Sequence record: MH595538.1
Reading direction: 5' to 3' (one strand)
Length of the DNA stretch: 64,000 nt
The notes beneath the pieces are model-generated. The model was not told the origin of the DNA. It did no database searches and saw only the letters and a list, made by a program, of their open reading frames with translations. Position 1 is the first letter of the stretch; each line of letters starts with the position of its first letter. Shown here in pieces: positions 63,150 through 64,000 of the stretch. The position numbers and the translations under genes are program-made.

Positions 63150-63173
63150 AAAGAACCAGGAGGTTCACATGAA
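63150..63173 (+). repeat. 24-nt leader repeat, copy 2
   Basis: Identical to 61977-62000. Confidence 0.9.
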
Positions 63174-64000
63174 CACATTACCTAAAAACCAAATCGCAGC
63201 GAATATGCCAGTCGGCGTTGATTTCCAAATGGATCTAACCGCACCTTATAGTTTAACTCCTCCGGTCCTCCTCTCCGTGGATAGTTACAAAGGTGAGCAC
63301 TATAAATACCTTAACTCTGACGTTGACTTCACTCAAGGGTACATCGAAGCACGTAAAGGAGATAAGGTACAGCAGGTCGCGGGCATTACTCGCCTTGCTA
63401 AACAGTTAGCCGTTGGGATCACGACTGATGACATTCTTTACTTTAGTATGTTTGCAGCCAAACACAGCTTTGGCCATGCGGCAATGCATAGCGAAGGATG
63501 GTCACGTATTGTTGATGAAATGGATGGTAATCTGCCATTAGAAATTCACGCTCTGCCAGAAGGCACAGTAGTGAAACCAGGACTACCAATCTTAGTTGTT
63601 CGCAATACCGTCGCCGGTTTCGGTTGGCTTGTGAACTATTTCATTGATATGATCTTAAAAGTTTGGAAAGACATGTCAGTGGCAGGTAAGGCGTTCCGCA
63701 TGAAACGCATTCTAAAGCGCATGGGCTCAAATACGATTAGTGATGCAGATCGGTTCGATTTCTGGCTAACCGTGTGCTTGCATGACTTTGGAGTGCGCTC
63801 TATCGGTACGTCTGAAGAAGCAGCAATCTCTGGCGTCGCAGCTAACCAGAATATTAGCGGTAGTGACAACTGGCCCGCTACTTGGCTCAACATGAAACTC
63901 TATGACTTAACCATGGATCAAATGCCCACTGGTTCTGTCGTAGCACTAGAGCACAATGTGATCCTAAGCGTCGGTGAAGAAGGAGAACATGAACTCCTGC
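63169..64000 (+). CDS. nadV: Nicotinamide phosphoribosyltransferase (NAMPT/NadV), truncated by the window end and absent from the ORF track
   Basis: Hand translation is open to the window end: LLSVDSYKGEHY, LPLEIHALPEGT, LHDFGVRS, GSDN and GSVVALEHN. Confidence 0.9.
   Translation, partial: MNTLPKNQIAANMPVGVDFQMDLTAPYSLTPPVLLSVDSYKGEHYKYLNSDVDFTQGYIEARKGDKVQQVAGITRLAKQLAVGITTDDILYFSMFAAKHSFGHAAMHSEGWSRIVDEMDGNLPLEIHALPEGTVVKPGLPILVVRNTVAGFGWLVNYFIDMILKVWKDMSVAGKAFRMKRILKRMGSNTISDADRFDFWLTVCLHDFGVRSIGTSEEAAISGVAANQNISGSDNWPATWLNMKLYDLTMDQMPTGSVVALEHNVILSVGEEGEHELL

Noticed and set aside
1-64000. Stop-codon reassignment
   Set aside because: Long ORFs tile the window under the standard code, and TAA, TAG and TGA all end genes that abut the next RBS or a terminator.
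1-64000. tRNA genes, CRISPR arrays, introns/inteins, IS elements
   Set aside because: Intergenic gaps are short, and none showed a cloverleaf, regularly spaced repeats, transposase or homing-endonuclease motifs by eye. tRNAscan-SE and CRISPR finders were not run.

Overview
A 64 kb segment of a phiKZ-like (Chimalliviridae-type) jumbo phage genome, read in the standard genetic code with tightly packed genes. The host is probably a marine gammaproteobacterium such as Vibrio; that is inference from the KVP40-like NAD salvage set. Layout: (1) 38-9649, conserved core block with a RuvC resolvase, two virion proteins and a portal-like protein. (2) 9764-17712, a block preceded by early-type promoters, encoding a membrane-anchored SleB-like hydrolase, many small membrane or amphipathic proteins, a winged-helix regulator and a YadA-like trimeric autotransporter. 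(3) 17805-57306, a late block with a GH19 endolysin, an SF2 helicase and about 28 putative fibre/adhesin/decoration genes. These genes are built combinatorially from about six shared N-terminal modules and a few swappable cargo domains (CBM5/12-like repeats, knob domain, discoidin-like domain, SGNH esterase). They are divided into hairpin- and promoter-bounded cassettes, one of which is internally deleted. (4) 57394-64000, an early block with NadR-like, NadM-Nudix and NAMPT (truncated by the window end) NAD salvage enzymes; the last two share an identical 24-nt leader that folds the Shine-Dalgarno into a CsrA-site-like hairpin. Candidate early (TTT-N5-CTATATWAYC-N3-RTG) and late (AAT-C/A-NN-W-T-AG/GA) promoter motifs and two candidate ncRNAs were read by eye. 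No tRNA, CRISPR array, integrase or reverse transcriptase was seen. All homology calls come from visual motif recognition; no database searches were run.
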